A DNA stretch of 63,468 nucleotides, counting the filler, from Octopus bimaculoides (lineage: Eukaryota), in assembly GCF_001194135.2 (NCBI RefSeq). It is 5 parts of 4 records of this genome, joined end to end, with 100 filler letters (N's around TTAATTAATTAA, not from the genome) between each part and the next. Parts side by side here need not be neighbours in the genome. Positions count along the whole stretch, not along the records: positions 1 to 24,497 come from NC_068989.1; 4 more parts are not named here. One strand, 5' to 3'. The notes below the pieces were generated by a model, which worked only from the letters and a program-made list of their open reading frames with translations, was not told the DNA's origin and searched no databases. Position numbers and translations under genes: made by a program. Shown here in pieces: positions 1 through 12,347 of this stretch (position 1 is its first letter; the number at the start of each line of letters is the position of its first letter).

Positions 1-954
1 CCTTCTGCCCAATCTGATAGAATTCTGGCAAAACTGTTTAGCAACAGATCGCCAGCAATTGCTTCATCACAAATTGCCATCCTAGCTCCTGTGAAAAGGG
101 ATTACCCTGCTATGTATAATCAGGGCAGCGCAAAAAGTTGTTTTGCACAAGCATTTCTATAGCCAATTACACGGATGAAATTTACGTATGCTTAATAATT
201 TTACGCAAAACAGCTTTCAGACTTTCCCTATTAATTTCATCGTCTTTTGAATTATGAACATATTTACATCATAAGGGTTTTTTCGTTGTAAGGCTTTCTT
301 TTTTAGTTGATTTTCAGCTAGCAAGACTTATCGTAGATGGCGTAATAAGTCACACAGGGACAAGGTAGGGTTATACTGCTAGTAGCTTATAAATTATTAA
401 TGAATAATTCCCAAGTCAAGTGAAAAGTTCTTTTGCACCAGTGAAAAGTTCATAGTAAACAGCAATATTGCCCAAATTTATATTCCATCTTAGGCAACAA
501 CAACAGAAAAATGAACGAGAAGCAACAAATACTAAACCATATGGTACAATCATACTCTCCCCTATGTTCACACAGAAGAGAACTTAATTTAACAATGCGC
601 ATACACCCGCCCACATACACACACACAACTAACAACACATTTTGATTGAAAGCCAAAATAAAACAAAAAAAAGAAACTTCGCCAGCCCTCAATTATGAAA
701 TTATTTGTTGCTTAGCAAAGTGAAAGTAGAGTTCTAAACTCAATGATTGTCGATTACATTCTTTTAAATTATTTTTTTTTATTCAAACACCTTCACAATT
801 TAACAAAATAACAAACGCTTTAATTTTTGCGGACGCTTATCTATACGTAGAGCGACTAATTTTATTAATGGTATAAAAAAAATAAAGGTCAAAATGGACT
901 AAAACCAGTAACGCATTAATGGATGGCTTTGACTGTCACAGACACCGTAAGGAA

Positions 955-1190
955 GCATGCGCATTGTTGTGTTAGTGAGGCTTATCCATCCACTTCCGGT
1001 AGCTAGTGTTTCTATGATGTCATATCGTAAAGTTCATCAATGTTCTCATATGGACTTTGTCTTGCTGGTTAGTCTCTGACAATAGAAAATACAGGAGTTT
1101 CCTTTTACCTGACGTCTCTTACATGGTGTTTTGATTATAAAGACACGAGAGTTAATTAATTAACGAGCTTCATGAAACCATCCAGTGAGT
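955..1190 (+). promoter_or_regulatory. Candidate housekeeping-type promoter and first exon (ATG AAA CCA TCC A, then GTGAGT donor)
   Basis: GCATGCGCA (NRF1-like) 955-963, CACTTCCGGT (ETS) 991-1000, ATG at 1172 and donor CCA|GTGAGT at 1184/1185 in non-repetitive, CpG-containing sequence. Motif-based inference only. Confidence 0.35.
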
Positions 1191-1302
1191 GGAATATTTA
1201 TTTAAGTATTGCTTCGTTTTTCACTGTTTATATTTTGCCAGACTTTGCCGACTGTCATTTCATTCATGTTGTTTTGTCGTTCGTTACCTTAGCTCATCTG
1301 CA

Positions 1303-1335
<33 letters not shown>

Positions 1336-1987
1336 ATCGCTCAGTTGTTCATACGTCCGAAAAAAAAAGCACACTATTTTACATACTGAGAGAGAGACAT
1401 TTGTGTGTATACATGTATCTATCTATCTATCTATCTATCTGTATGCATGTGTGTGTGTGTGTTGTACACACACACTCACGCATACCTTAACTGATGAGAA
1501 TGCAACCTACTTTACTGATTACGCCAAAAATATTATTCAAAAGAAAAAAAAAACAATTGTTTTGTTTTCCGTCTCTAATCTCTAAGTTAACGTGTATCAG
1601 GTTCTGTGTATAGTTGATACATACACATATATATGCACGCACGTTTCCCTGTAGTATGAATGAACTTATTTTTGTTCTATTATTGAATGACTATTTATAT
1701 AATAAGCTAGAGTAAAAATATATAAATTGAATGAGTTACAACTATATTCCAAACAAGAACTTAGTAATTACTTTTTAATTAAGTAGTTTAGTTTCAGCCC
1801 CACACCAATCAAACAAGAAATTTCAACCACCGTAGCGGGATTCTTGTATTTTCCACGCTTTACAAATATTCTTCTATTTTGTTGATAAATTTATTGATCA
1901 TCAGAAAAATGTTTCATTACGAATGTCATCGATTTCCCTGCCTAAGTATAACATACGAACATATATCGAGACAAGCAGAACAGTAAG

Positions 1988-2198
1988 TTTCACAATTTGG
2001 CACAAGGTCAGCAATTTTGAGGGGAGGGGGAAAGTCCGAGTCCAGTACTTGTCTGCTGCTTAATTTCTTTTCGATTCCGAAAGCATGAAAGGCTAAGTCG
2101 ACCTCGGTGGGATTTGAACCTAGAACGTAAAGAGTCGGAAGAAATCCCGCTGAATATTTTTATTCGACGCGCTAATGATTTTTCCAACTCGCCGCCTT
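1988..2198 (-). mobile_element. SINE family B (tRNA head, Meta-domain-like core)
   Basis: Reverse complement of the recurring ggcggcgagctggcagaa...gttctgagttcaaat...tttcatcctttcggggtcgat unit also seen at 18832, 46945 and 49233. Confidence 0.8.
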
Positions 2199-3535
2199 AC
2201 TACTAATAATAATAATAGTGTAGATTCGTCATGACTTAAATAGGTATTCAGTTGGGGTTGTTTTCTATTTTAGTGACATCACCTCATAGTCACCCACTTT
2301 CTTGTGTAGTATATATTTGACTTTTTATTCTTTAGTTACAAGTTATATTTTGTTTTGGAAAATTCATTTGAAATAAAGCAAATAAATTTATTTTAGATCA
2401 AGGAGATACGTTGTTAGAATAACAAAAACAACAAGCTATCCTCACTTTCACTTATGTCACAGTAATGGCAACCCGTGAAATCGAGCCCCATGAGATATAA
2501 ACATCGCAGGCTTTAACCTACCAAGGAACAGTGTCTGTGTAGTTGCTCGACCTGCTAGAAACCATAACATATACCCCTTCCACCCACGCTCCGCGTATCA
2601 TAAGAAAGAAATATACATTGAACAGTATAGTTTCTGCCATTCTAATTCACGGAATGTCTCTGGCTTTTTCGCTTGACCAGGTCTGATCTGAAGTTAAATG
2701 GAAGCATCACGCTTTTCATGTTTGATAGTATGCTCAACAGAATTCAATCATGGATACCATATTTACATTCTTGCTAATATTGATACACTTAGAAAATGCC
2801 ATACGGTTCTTTTTATAGAACCGATTACCTTTTATTAAAAGCTCCCAGGGTCGTTTCACATGCTTTGCTTTTATTCATAATAAAACACTGAAGATGTTTT
2901 TATTATACAGCGGAGATTTCAGTGATACAGCATACTGATAACAAAATGATTATTTCTTAATGAATACAAATGAAAAAGAGGAGAAAAAAAAAGCTATCGT
3001 ATATATTGTATATTTGTCTCAACCCACATATTGTACATGTCTGTGTATGTGTGTTTTGAAATCCTTATTGAGTGTATTTGTTTACGCGAATGTTTCTGCT
3101 GTAGAATACGTATCTTTGACAATCAATAATGCATCTTTCATTTGTAGGCTTACTACATCAACCCTCTGCATGTACGTGTATTGTCTATACTGACACACCC
3201 ACACACATGTACACAGATCACAACTGCAAATCTATCGTATACAGTCTGGTGGGTGGATCCTGCGTCTGCTTTTGTGTGTAATTCTGACGCGAATATATGC
3301 GTATCTACACATTATCCCAAAGAATGCTTCAAATTGGATCTAGTTTATATANNNNNNNNNNNNNNNNNNNNNNNNNNNNNNNNNNNNNNNNNNNNNNNNN
3401 NNNNNNNNNNNNNNNNNNNNNNNNNNNNNNNNNNNNNNNNNNNNNNNNNNNNNNNNNNNNNNNNNNNNNNNNNNNNNNNNNNNNNNNNNNNNNNNNNNNN
3501 NNNNNNNNNNNNNNNNNNNNNNNNNNNNNNNNNNN

Positions 3536-3568
<33 letters not shown>

Positions 3569-4181
3569 GTTCAACTGAGAAACTTGATATATTACTAGAC
3601 AAAGTAAGAAAACTTAGTTTAAAAGAATGTAAACTAAAATTATAAAAAGAAAATATCAATACTGAAAACATTTTTTTAAAAATTATATAAAACAAAATAC
3701 GTTTTATTTTCACAGTTTTCAACATGAGCCAGTTTAATTTTTCTTGGAATTGTTTTTAAGTTGTGATTTTTGTTTTTAAACCAGGAAGGTGTTCGATAAA
3801 ACGATTTTGTATTCTCTCAGCTAAATGTTTTATCAATTGGATACAAGCACCAGAAAACGAGGGAAGTTAGTATAAAAAGTACTCTTGACATGACTAGGGG
3901 TCTTCTCAGTCTCAAGTTGTCTCCGTGTTTGTCAACCACCTTACTGAGTGTACTTTTTTATTTTGGTTCTAGCTCTAGTGGGGTTGCTTTGAACCGCACA
4001 TGATTAAAAAGCTCTTTCTACCTTATGATGTGATTGTTTGATAAGGGCAACATGACAGCGAAGGTGAATAGAAGAGAAATTGACTAATTAGAATGGGATA
4101 GAAATAGTGATTGAGGTAAGAGGGTAGCAGAGCAGGAGGAAAAGTAATGGTAGTGGATAGTCGCAAGAATGAGTGATTGAT

Positions 4182-4535
4182 ATCATCATCATCATCGTTT
4201 AACGTCCGCTTTCCATGCTAGCATGGGTTGGACGATTTGACTGAGGACTGGTGAACCAGATGGCTACACCAGGCTCCAATCTGATTTGGCAGAGTTTCTA
4301 CAGCTGGATGCCCTTCCTAACGCCAACCACTCCTAGAGTGTAGTGGGTGCTTTTACGTGCCACCGGCACGAAGGCCAGTCAGGCGGTACTGGCAATGGCC
4401 ACGCTCGAAATGGTGTATTTTACGTGCCACCTGCACAGGAGCCAGTCCAGCGGCACTGGCAACGATCTCGTTCGAATGTCTTTACACGTGCCACCGGCAC
4501 AAGTGCCAGGAAGGCAACGCTGGGCACAGGTGCCC
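4182..4535 (-). mobile_element. SINE family C (RTE-like 3' tail ending in (GAT)n), with ~65 bp internal subrepeats
   Basis: (ATC)n-gtttaacgtccgctttccatgctagcatgggttggacg start, shared with 7953, 8023 and 20368; three tttacgtgccaccggcac subrepeats at 4340-4530. Confidence 0.85.
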
Positions 4536-4923
4536 AGCAGAGAGGGAGTAATGATTGGAAATATATAGAAAGAGTGATGCATTAGCGTATGTGGGTACAA
4601 ACAGTTTTGATGCCATGATAAGTGGGAGAAGCAGAATCATGAGGATAGTGGTGGATAGGTCCAATACTATCAGTCATTACATGGATGCTATAGTGAATAC
4701 AAGAGAGGGTGGGCGTTACAGAAATAAGAGTTAAATATGCCCATTGACATCTCTAATTAAACAGGAAGCATGATACAATAAGTAGGAGAGAAATCCATTG
4801 CCTTCCTTAAATTGACTCAGGGTGAGTGACAAAGGTGAGAGTGTATCAAAGACACAGGATTGGAAAGAAGCAGCAGATGTAGAGTTGACAGTTGATATGT
4901 ATGTGTATACATACGTACATGTG

Positions 4924-4960
<37 letters not shown>

Positions 4961-5159
4961 ACAATGGAGGGGAGCCTCAGTTACACTCCTCATGGGCAAA
5001 GAACGTTGGTACAAATTCTTCTGGATTGGCAACAGTGATGGGACAGGTGGTGTAAACATACTTTTAGCAGAGAAATGGTTAGGTAAAGTGGTTGGGGTAG
5101 TAAGTGTGTGATAGAGTTGTTAAGCTAAAACTAGTCTTAGATAATATAACAATGACGGT

Positions 5160-5407
5160 TCCTGTGCAGGTGACACGTAAAATACACCACTTCACGCGTG
5201 GCCATCGCCAATACCCGCCTGACTGGCCCTCATGCCAGTGGCATGTAAAAGCACCCACTACACTCTCGGAGTGGTTGGCGTTAGGAAGGGCTCTGCCAAA
5301 TCAGATTGGAGCCTGGTGTAGCCATCTGGTTCACCAGTCCTCAGTCAAATCGTCCAACCCATGCCAGCATGGAAAGCGGACGTTAAACGACAATGATGAT
5401 GATGATC
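5160..5407 (+). mobile_element. SINE family C, inverted relative to 4182-4535
   Basis: Ends ...ccaacccatgccagcatggaaagcggacgttaaacga(caat)gatgatgatgat, the reverse complement of the 4182 copy. Confidence 0.85.
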
Positions 5408-5479
5408 TCTGTATATGTTTGACATACTGGACTGACAGATGAACAGAAGCACTGCACTGCCTCACAATGGAAGACTCAT

Positions 5480-6135
5480 TTTATTGTCATGGCTGATGAT
5501 TCGGTAAACATGTTGGGTAGCACTCTAATGGATTTCATGGTCTGTATGGAGGCTTCAGCTTTGGTTCTAGAAATGGGGAAGAAACAAGGCTGCTGGAGGT
5601 CTGTAATGTAAATGACTTGTTGATTTGTATCACTAACTTCAGGAAACCAGCCAGCCACCTAATCACCTATAAGTCTGGTGGACACACAAGCCAGATTGGC
5701 TGCATTCTCACCAAAAACAGGGAGAAACCGATACTTGTGAATGCAAAGACTTCCTTGATGAAAAATCAACTCATTATAGGTTAGTGACTTCAGACTTAGG
5801 GCTAGAAGGACTCAGAAATTTAGAGAAATACTAGTTGAAGCATTGCGCAACAAGGAAAAAAAATAGCAACATATAACGTAGAGGACAATCTACTGAGGAC
5901 TACAGACCAAATCTATGACTGGGGCAAAGTTTCAGCCAGACCAAAGGTGACATGGTGGTAGAACAGTAAGGTACACAGGGCCATTAAAAGTGTGGAAAGA
6001 CGAAGAAAAGGATGCAGTAGAAAGTTATATCAGGTAACTAGAAAGGAAGCTAGGTAACTGGTTTATTTTAGCAAGGGGAGAAGCAGTGAGGAAGTGGTTT
6101 GCCAATGTTTCGCATGAGGATCAGAGGCATGAGCT
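5480..6135 (+). mobile_element. Degenerate RTE-clade LINE fragment (APE endonuclease C-terminus and linker)
   Basis: Manual translation HVG*HSNGFHGLYGGFSFGSRNGEETRLLEVCNVNDLLICITNFRKPASHLITYKSGGHTSQIGCIL, then ARPKVTWW*N..RKLYQVTRKEAR; matches RTE endonuclease motifs, with stops and frameshifts. Confidence 0.8.
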
Positions 6136-6604
6136 GTTCCTGATTGCAAGGCTTTGTATCAGGGGCATCACCATCATACAAACAGTGTTGTTCTTTTCTT
6201 GTCTTCTCTGAAGAACATGTCTGGTGTTAGAAATTCTGCCTCAACAACTTATGTCTCACCTATGCAAGCATGACAAAGTAGCTATTAAATGATGATACAT
6301 AATTGGTACAGGCATGGCTAAGTGGCTCTGTTCGCCATGCTGTACGTCTTCTACTGTAGCTTGGGCTAATGTTTACCTTGCAAGGTGGAGTTGGTAGCTA
6401 GAAACGTATGGAAATATGTGTGTATGCACGCACACACACTATGTAAGTAATTACATTTGTCTTCTTATGACAGCACTGAACTAATAATAGTTACAATCTC
6501 TGTTACTCTGGAAGGAAAGTGGAATAAAATATCTCTTATTTAAAAAACAGGCCTGAGTTAGTGACAGGAAGGTTTTCTGACTATAAAACAATGCCTCAAT
6601 TATA

Positions 6605-7356
6605 TGGTTTGACGAGCAACATTTTTCATTAATGTTTTATGTAGTGTTTTTGGTACCGAAACACTTTCAAACTTCGTATACTTGTATATTTTGTATTATA
6701 GAACAGATAAAAATTTTTGTATTCAAAGTTATTTCATGTAAAAAGTTGTCGTATTTCGGTAATTTCAACCAATCACTGACATCTATTGAGGTGAAAACAA
6801 TTACTGCCGTGGAATGTAAACAACGGTGTCATGGGATCTTTTCCCTTGAATAAAATTAGTGCCGTTGTTTGTCAACAACAACTACCCGTGTTACTCTTAT
6901 TTATGACATCGTTCGTGCGTTTGTACTGGTTTTAGCTTTAGGGTTTTAGGGTTAGGGTTAGTTTTAGGATTACAGTTAGGGTTATGATTATTTTTGCCAT
7001 AACCTCACTCATAACCCTAACCCTAAAACTCATAACCCCAACCCGAACCCTAACACCCTAACCCTAAAACCGTAAACCCTTACTAGGAAATAATGATATA
7101 ATTAAACAGGGAATAACACTCTTGATACCAGTAAAAATTATTGTTTATAAAAAGAGCAGTAACTGTATTCAGCTGAATAGACGTCAGTGATTGGTTGAAA
7201 TTACACAAATACGACAACTTTAACATGAAATAACTTATTAAGAACTAATTTTTGTTAAGAAGGCTAAGAGAAAAAGATGTTTTATACGACACATTCTACC
7301 AGTATCCCAAGTTTGAAAGTGTTTCGTTAAGAAAACAAGTGTTGCTCGTCAAACCA
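6605..7356. mobile_element. Foldback element / MITE with long imperfect inverted arms and an inverted telomeric-repeat core
   Basis: tggtttgacgagcaaca 6605-6621 vs tgttgctcgtcaaacca 7340-7356; cgaaacactttcaaactt present in both arms; ~60 bp near-perfect arms 6727-6787 / 7176-7235; TTAGGG-like run ~6937-6985 facing CCCTAA-like run ~6999-7081. Confidence 0.8.
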
Positions 7357-7606
7357 AAAAGATCCATTATATGTATTCATCCAAACCCATGCTGGCATAG
7401 AAAAACAGATGTAAAACAAACAAACGATTATACTTCTAATCTTGTTCAGGTTCACTTTGTCTTTCATCTTTTGGAAGTTTATAAAATATTGTACTTGAAT
7501 ATACCACAGAAGGTAGTCAGCCCTATAATTGAAGCAACTAAGAGAATAGAACACATGCGTTATGTACATACAGACGTGTGTGTAAAAGTAGCAAAAAGAA
7601 AACTGT

Positions 7607-7627
7607 ACACACACACACACACAAACA

Positions 7628-7699
<72 letters not shown>
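7607..7699. repeat. (CA)n microsatellite
   Basis: Directly visible; source of the spurious THTH/CVCV ORFs. Confidence 0.95.
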
Positions 7700-7952
7700 T
7701 GAACAAAATACACTAATGTTTATTTTTTATGTTATCTGCTGAAATCGATACAATTAAGTTATTTCTTATAACAGATAGTATTTGTATTTCTTATAACACA
7801 ACATTTGCAAATGTCATTTCATTTGTATATGTGATCTGTCTGTGCATGTGTTTATAATGCGCTGATTTTGTGACAAATTACCATGGAAAGCTGGGGCTTG
7901 ACTGATTATTGATATGTGTGCAGTGAAGTACATTTTTTAAAAAACTATATAT

Positions 7953-9114
7953 ATCATCATCATCATCGTTTAACGTCCGTTTTCCATGCTAGCATGGGTT
8001 GGACGGATATATATATATATATATCATCATCATCATCATCATCATCGTTTAACGTCCGCTTTCCATGCTAGCATGGGTTGGACGATTTGACTGAGGACTG
8101 GTGAAACCGGATGGCAACACCAGGCTCCAGTCTGATTTGGCAGAGTTTCTACAGCTGGATGCCCTTCCTAACGCCAACCACTCNNNNNNNNNNNNNNNNN
8201 NNNNNNNNNNNNNNNNNNNNNNNNNNNNNNNNNNNNNNNNNNNNNNNNNNNNNNNNNNNNNNNNNNNNNNNNNNNNNNNNNNNNNNNNNNNNNNNNNNNN
8301 NNNNNNNNNNNNNNNNNNNNNNNNNNNNNNNNNNNNNNNNNNNNNNNNNNNNNNNNNNNNNNNNNNNNNNNNNNNNNNNNNNNNNNNNNNNNNNNNNNNN
8401 NNNNNNNNNNNNNNNNNNNNNNNNNNNNNNNNNNNNNNNNNNNNNNNNNNNNNNNNNNNNNNNNNNNNNNNNNNNNNNNNNNNNNNNNNNNNNNNNNNNN
8501 NNNNNNNNNNNNNNNNNNNNNNNNNNNNNNNNNNNNNNNNNNNNNNNNNNNNNNNNNNNNNNNNNNNNNNNNNNNNNNNNNNNNNNNNNNNNNNNNNNNN
8601 NNNNNNNNNNNNNNNNNNNNNNNNNNNNNNNNNNNNNNNNNNNNNNNNNNNNNNNNNNNNNNNNNNNNNNNNNNNNNNNNNNNNNNNNNNNNNNNNNNNN
8701 NNNNNNNNNNNNNNNNNNNNNNNNNNNNNNNNNNNNNNNNNNNNNNNNNNNNNNNNNNNNNNNNNNNNNNNNNNNNNNNNNNNNNNNNNNNNNNNNNNNN
8801 NNNNNNNNNNNNNNNNNNNNNNNNNNNNNNNNNNNNNNNNNNNNNNNNNNNNNNNNNNNNNNNNNNNNNNNNNNNNNNNNNNNNNNNNNNNNNNNNNNNN
8901 NNNNNNNNNNNNNNNNNNNNNNNNNNNNNNNNNNNNNNNNNNNNNNNNNNNNNNNNNNNNNNNCTGCCATGTAGCATGGTTGTTCGTACGCATGCGTCAT
9001 ACAGTCTGCCTTTTACTCTGAGTGAGAGTCCCTTTGTCGCCAGCAGGGGTAAGAGCTCTCTAAACTTTGCCCAGGCTATTCTTATTCTAGCAGCTACACT
9101 TTCAGCGCACCCAC

Positions 9115-9117
<3 letters not shown>
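7953..9117 (-). mobile_element. 5'-truncated RTE LINE spanning a gap, with duplicated 3' end, flanked by (TA)n
   Basis: 8964-9117 encodes GGCAESVAARIRIAWAKFRELLPLLATKGLSLRVKGRLYDACVRTTMLHG (RTE ORF downstream of the RT core); 8023-8183 is a family-C type 3' tail on the same strand. Continuity across gap 8184-8963 is inferred. Confidence 0.7.
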
Positions 9118-9151
<34 letters not shown>

Positions 9152-9228
9152 GTGTGTGTTCCCCTGTTTGTCATTTGTCTTCCTGCTTATATACTCATCT
9201 GTTTGTGTTCGTGTGCATATATAGTGTA

Positions 9229-9645
9229 GGTGCAGGTGTGGCTGAGTGGTAAGAAGCTTGCTTCCCAACCACATGGTTCCAGGTTCAGTGCCACTGCATG
9301 GCATCTGAGGCAAATGTAGCCTTGGACTGAATAAAGCCTTGTGGGTGAATTTGGTACACGGAAACTGAAAGAAGCCCACCATGTATATATGTATGTTTGT
9401 ATGTATATCTATGTGTGTATGTGTGTTTCTGTCCGTTTCTCCCCACCACTACCACCACCATTGCTTGACAACTGGAGTTGCTATGTTTGCATTCCTGTAA
9501 CTAAACAGTTTGGCAAAAGAGACCGATAGAATAAGTACCAGGCTTAAAAAACAAGTATTGGGGTTGATTCTTTCAACTAAAAAATTCAAGGTGATGCCCC
9601 AGCATGGACACAGTCAAATGACTGAAACAAATGAAAGATAAAAGA
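9229..9645 (+). mobile_element. SINE family A (tRNA head, central TA/TG microsatellite), diverged copy
   Basis: gcagg.gtggctg.gtggtaag.agcttgctt.ccaaccacatggttcc.ggttcagt head with B-box-like GGTTCAGT, and gtcaaatgactgaaaca tail. Confidence 0.85.
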
Positions 9646-10898
9646 TATCTATATATTTTGCAGGCAAGAAAATAAATTTTGAACACGGACAGCAGAGAAA
9701 GATTGGGTATTCACTCTTATAAGATGGAATCTTTCTCTGCTGTCCTTACAGCTTTACTGCATTCAAAAGTTATTTTCTACTCTGCAAAATACCAACCACA
9801 TTTGACGCTAACAAAGTTTGTTTAATAATGATCTCATTTGAGTAGCCACACCCAACTTGGTATATGTACAAACCTCAGATAATTCAAGTTCTTTCAGTAA
9901 ATTCATTTTATATGTAACTCTAATGAGTCTGATTCGACACGTGTCATTTCAATGGTACTTAGAGAGTAATCAATAGTTGCATATATTTTTGCATAATATG
10001 GCTAGATTGATGAGATTGAGTTCAGATGAAATAATTGTAATTTGATCTATTAAAAATACTCGCTCACACCATTTTCTTATTTGTTATGTATATATATATA
10101 TATATANNNNNNNNNNNNNNNNNNNNNNNNNNNNNNNNNNNNNNNNNNNNNNNNNNNNNNNNNNNNNNNNNNNNNNNNNNNNNNNNNNNNNNNNNNNNNN
10201 NNNNNNNNNNNNNNNNNNNNNNNNNNNNNNNNNNNNNNNNNNNNNNNNNNNNNNNNNNNNNNNNNNNNNNNNNNNNNNNNNNNNNNNNNNNNNNNNNNNN
10301 NNNNNNNNNNNNNNNNNNNNNNNNNNNNNNNNNNNNNNNNNNNNNNNNNNNNNNNNNNNNNNNNNNNNNNNNNNNNNNNNNNNNNNNNNNNNNNNNNNNN
10401 NNNNNNNNNNNNNNNNNNNNNNNNNNNNNNNNNNNNNNNNNNNNNNNNNNNNNNNNNNNNNNNNNNNNNNNNNNNNNNNNNNNNNNNNNNNNNNNNNNNN
10501 NNNNNNNNNNNNNNNNNNNNNNNNNNNNNNNNNNNNNNNNNNNNNNNNNNNNNNNNNNNNNNNNNNNNNNNNNNNNNNNNNNNNNNNNNNNNNNNNNNNN
10601 NNNNNNNNNNNNNNNNNNNNNNNNNNNNNNNNNNNNNNNNNNNNNNNNNNNNNNNNNNNNNNNNNNNNNNNNNNNNNNNNNNNNNNNNNNNNNNNNNNNN
10701 NNNNNNNNNNNNNNNNNNNNNNNNNNNNNNNNNNNNNNNNNNNNNNNNNNNNNNNNNNNNNNNNNNNNNNNNNNNNNNNNNNNNNNNNNNNNNNNNNNNN
10801 NNNNNNNNNNNNNNNNNNNNNNNNNNNNNNNNNNNNNNNNNNNNNNNNNNNNNNNNNNNNNNNNNNNNNNNNNNNNNNNNNNNNNNNNNNNNNNNNNN

Positions 10899-11211
10899 AC
10901 ACAGCTATCCTCATTCATTCTCACCACATGTCCAAACCAGCGCTATCGTCTCTCTTGCACACCACTACTGACGCTTCTTATGTTCAGCTTTTCTCTCAAG
11001 ATACTTACACTCTGACGGGTATGCACATTTACATTACACATCCAGCGGTGCATACTGGCTTCATTCTTTGCGAGCTTACACATGTCCTCAGCAGTCACAG
11101 CCCATGTTTCACTGCCATGTAGCATGGCTGTTCGTACACATGCGTCATACAGTCTGCCTTTTACCCTGAGTGAGAGTCCTTTTGTCGCCAGCAGAGGTAA
11201 GAGCTCTCTAA
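10899..11211 (-). mobile_element. RTE LINE ORF fragment
   Basis: Encodes RELLPLLATKGLSLRVKGRLYDACVRTAMLHGSETWAVTAEDMCKLAKNEASMHRWMC...RWFGHVVRMNEDSC; near-identical to 8964-9117 where they overlap. Confidence 0.9.
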
Positions 11212-11483
11212 TATTTCATCTAGGTATTGCAATACTAATATCCTGGTGTGGATCTCAATATGCACATGTTTCTGAACAAAGCATTTTTTCAGGAATGGAG
11301 CAGTAATAAGAAATTGAGATGTCAAAGGGTTGTGCAATTATCATATAAACTTCATTAGCTTACTGCTGTTTCAGTTATAAAATGCAGTGGACTCAAAGTT
11401 GGGTGCCTGAGTATCACCTTATAGCTTCATCAGAACCTCAAACATGAAGTGTAATTTATTTGGGAAAACAATTACTATTATGT

Positions 11484-11891
11484 ATTACATGGAAAACTGC
11501 AAACAAGAGAAATAATATTCTTAAGATTATAAATCTGGAAAAGTACCAGACAAGTTATTACACTTGGAAAAGTTCAAGACAAGTTATTATATCTGGTAAA
11601 GTACAGAACAAGAACATTGGATAAAATTTCAAATAAAACATTTACATTTAGAAAATATTAGCATTTATTAAAACTAAAAATTTTATTACAAGTTATTACT
11701 TCCATTTGTTTATTACTTGTTCTTTTAAAAATTAAAAATAGCTCAATTAAAATATTTTATCCTTAGCTGCAATATTTTAAGTAAAAATTTTCTTGTTCTG
11801 TACTTTACCAGATGTAATAACTTGTCCTGTACTTTTCTAGATTTATAATCTTAAGAATATTATTTCTCTTGCTCACATTTTTCCATGTAAT
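11484..11891. repeat. Inverted-repeat (foldback) MITE-like structure
   Basis: Arm 11484-11614 matches the reverse complement of 11790-11891 (attacatggaaaa...caagagaaataatattcttaagattataaatct.gaaaagtac..gacaagttattac...atctggtaaagtacagaacaagaa); the left arm has an extra ~28 bp tandem unit. Confidence 0.85.
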
Positions 11892-12052
11892 CCATGTTTT
11901 TTTCAGGCTATGCTATTATGCTAATTAATAACGTGTCTAATGCGTCAATTAGCAGTGTCGTTGATAATTTTTTCCTTACCTAATGATGTCAGTGACATAT
12001 ATCAAAAGTCCTCTAGAACTATATTATCACTCTCAAATTTGAGAAACAAACA

Positions 12053-12347
12053 CTCATAACTTTTTTCTTTTAAAACTTTATTGCATGAGATTGATATCAT
12101 GAAATTCCTCAAATTGAGCTCTATCATTTAAGCTTAATTAAAATATAGTTTGCTTTTAAAATAAAAAAATGTTAATTACACTTAAATCCAATTTTTTGCC
12201 TTCTTTAAATTTTTTCATGATATTTTACCTCACAACTTTTTTTATATAAATTTTTGTTGCATGGGATCAAGACTATGAAATTCTTCACACTTTCTTCTAT
12301 CATTGAAGCTAAGATAAATATATTTTGCTTTTAAAATAAAAAAGTTA
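12053..12347. repeat. Diverged ~120 bp direct repeat pair (subterminal repeats of a DNA-transposon relic)
   Basis: ctca.aactttt...ttgcatg.gat..a.a..atgaaatt...ctatcatt.aagct.a..taaa.ata..ttgcttttaaaataaaaaa at ~12053 and ~12228. Confidence 0.65.

Noticed and set aside
6937-7081. True chromosome end-to-end fusion site
   Set aside because: The repeats are short and the inversion extends about 330 bp into non-telomeric flanks on both sides; a foldback element explains it better.
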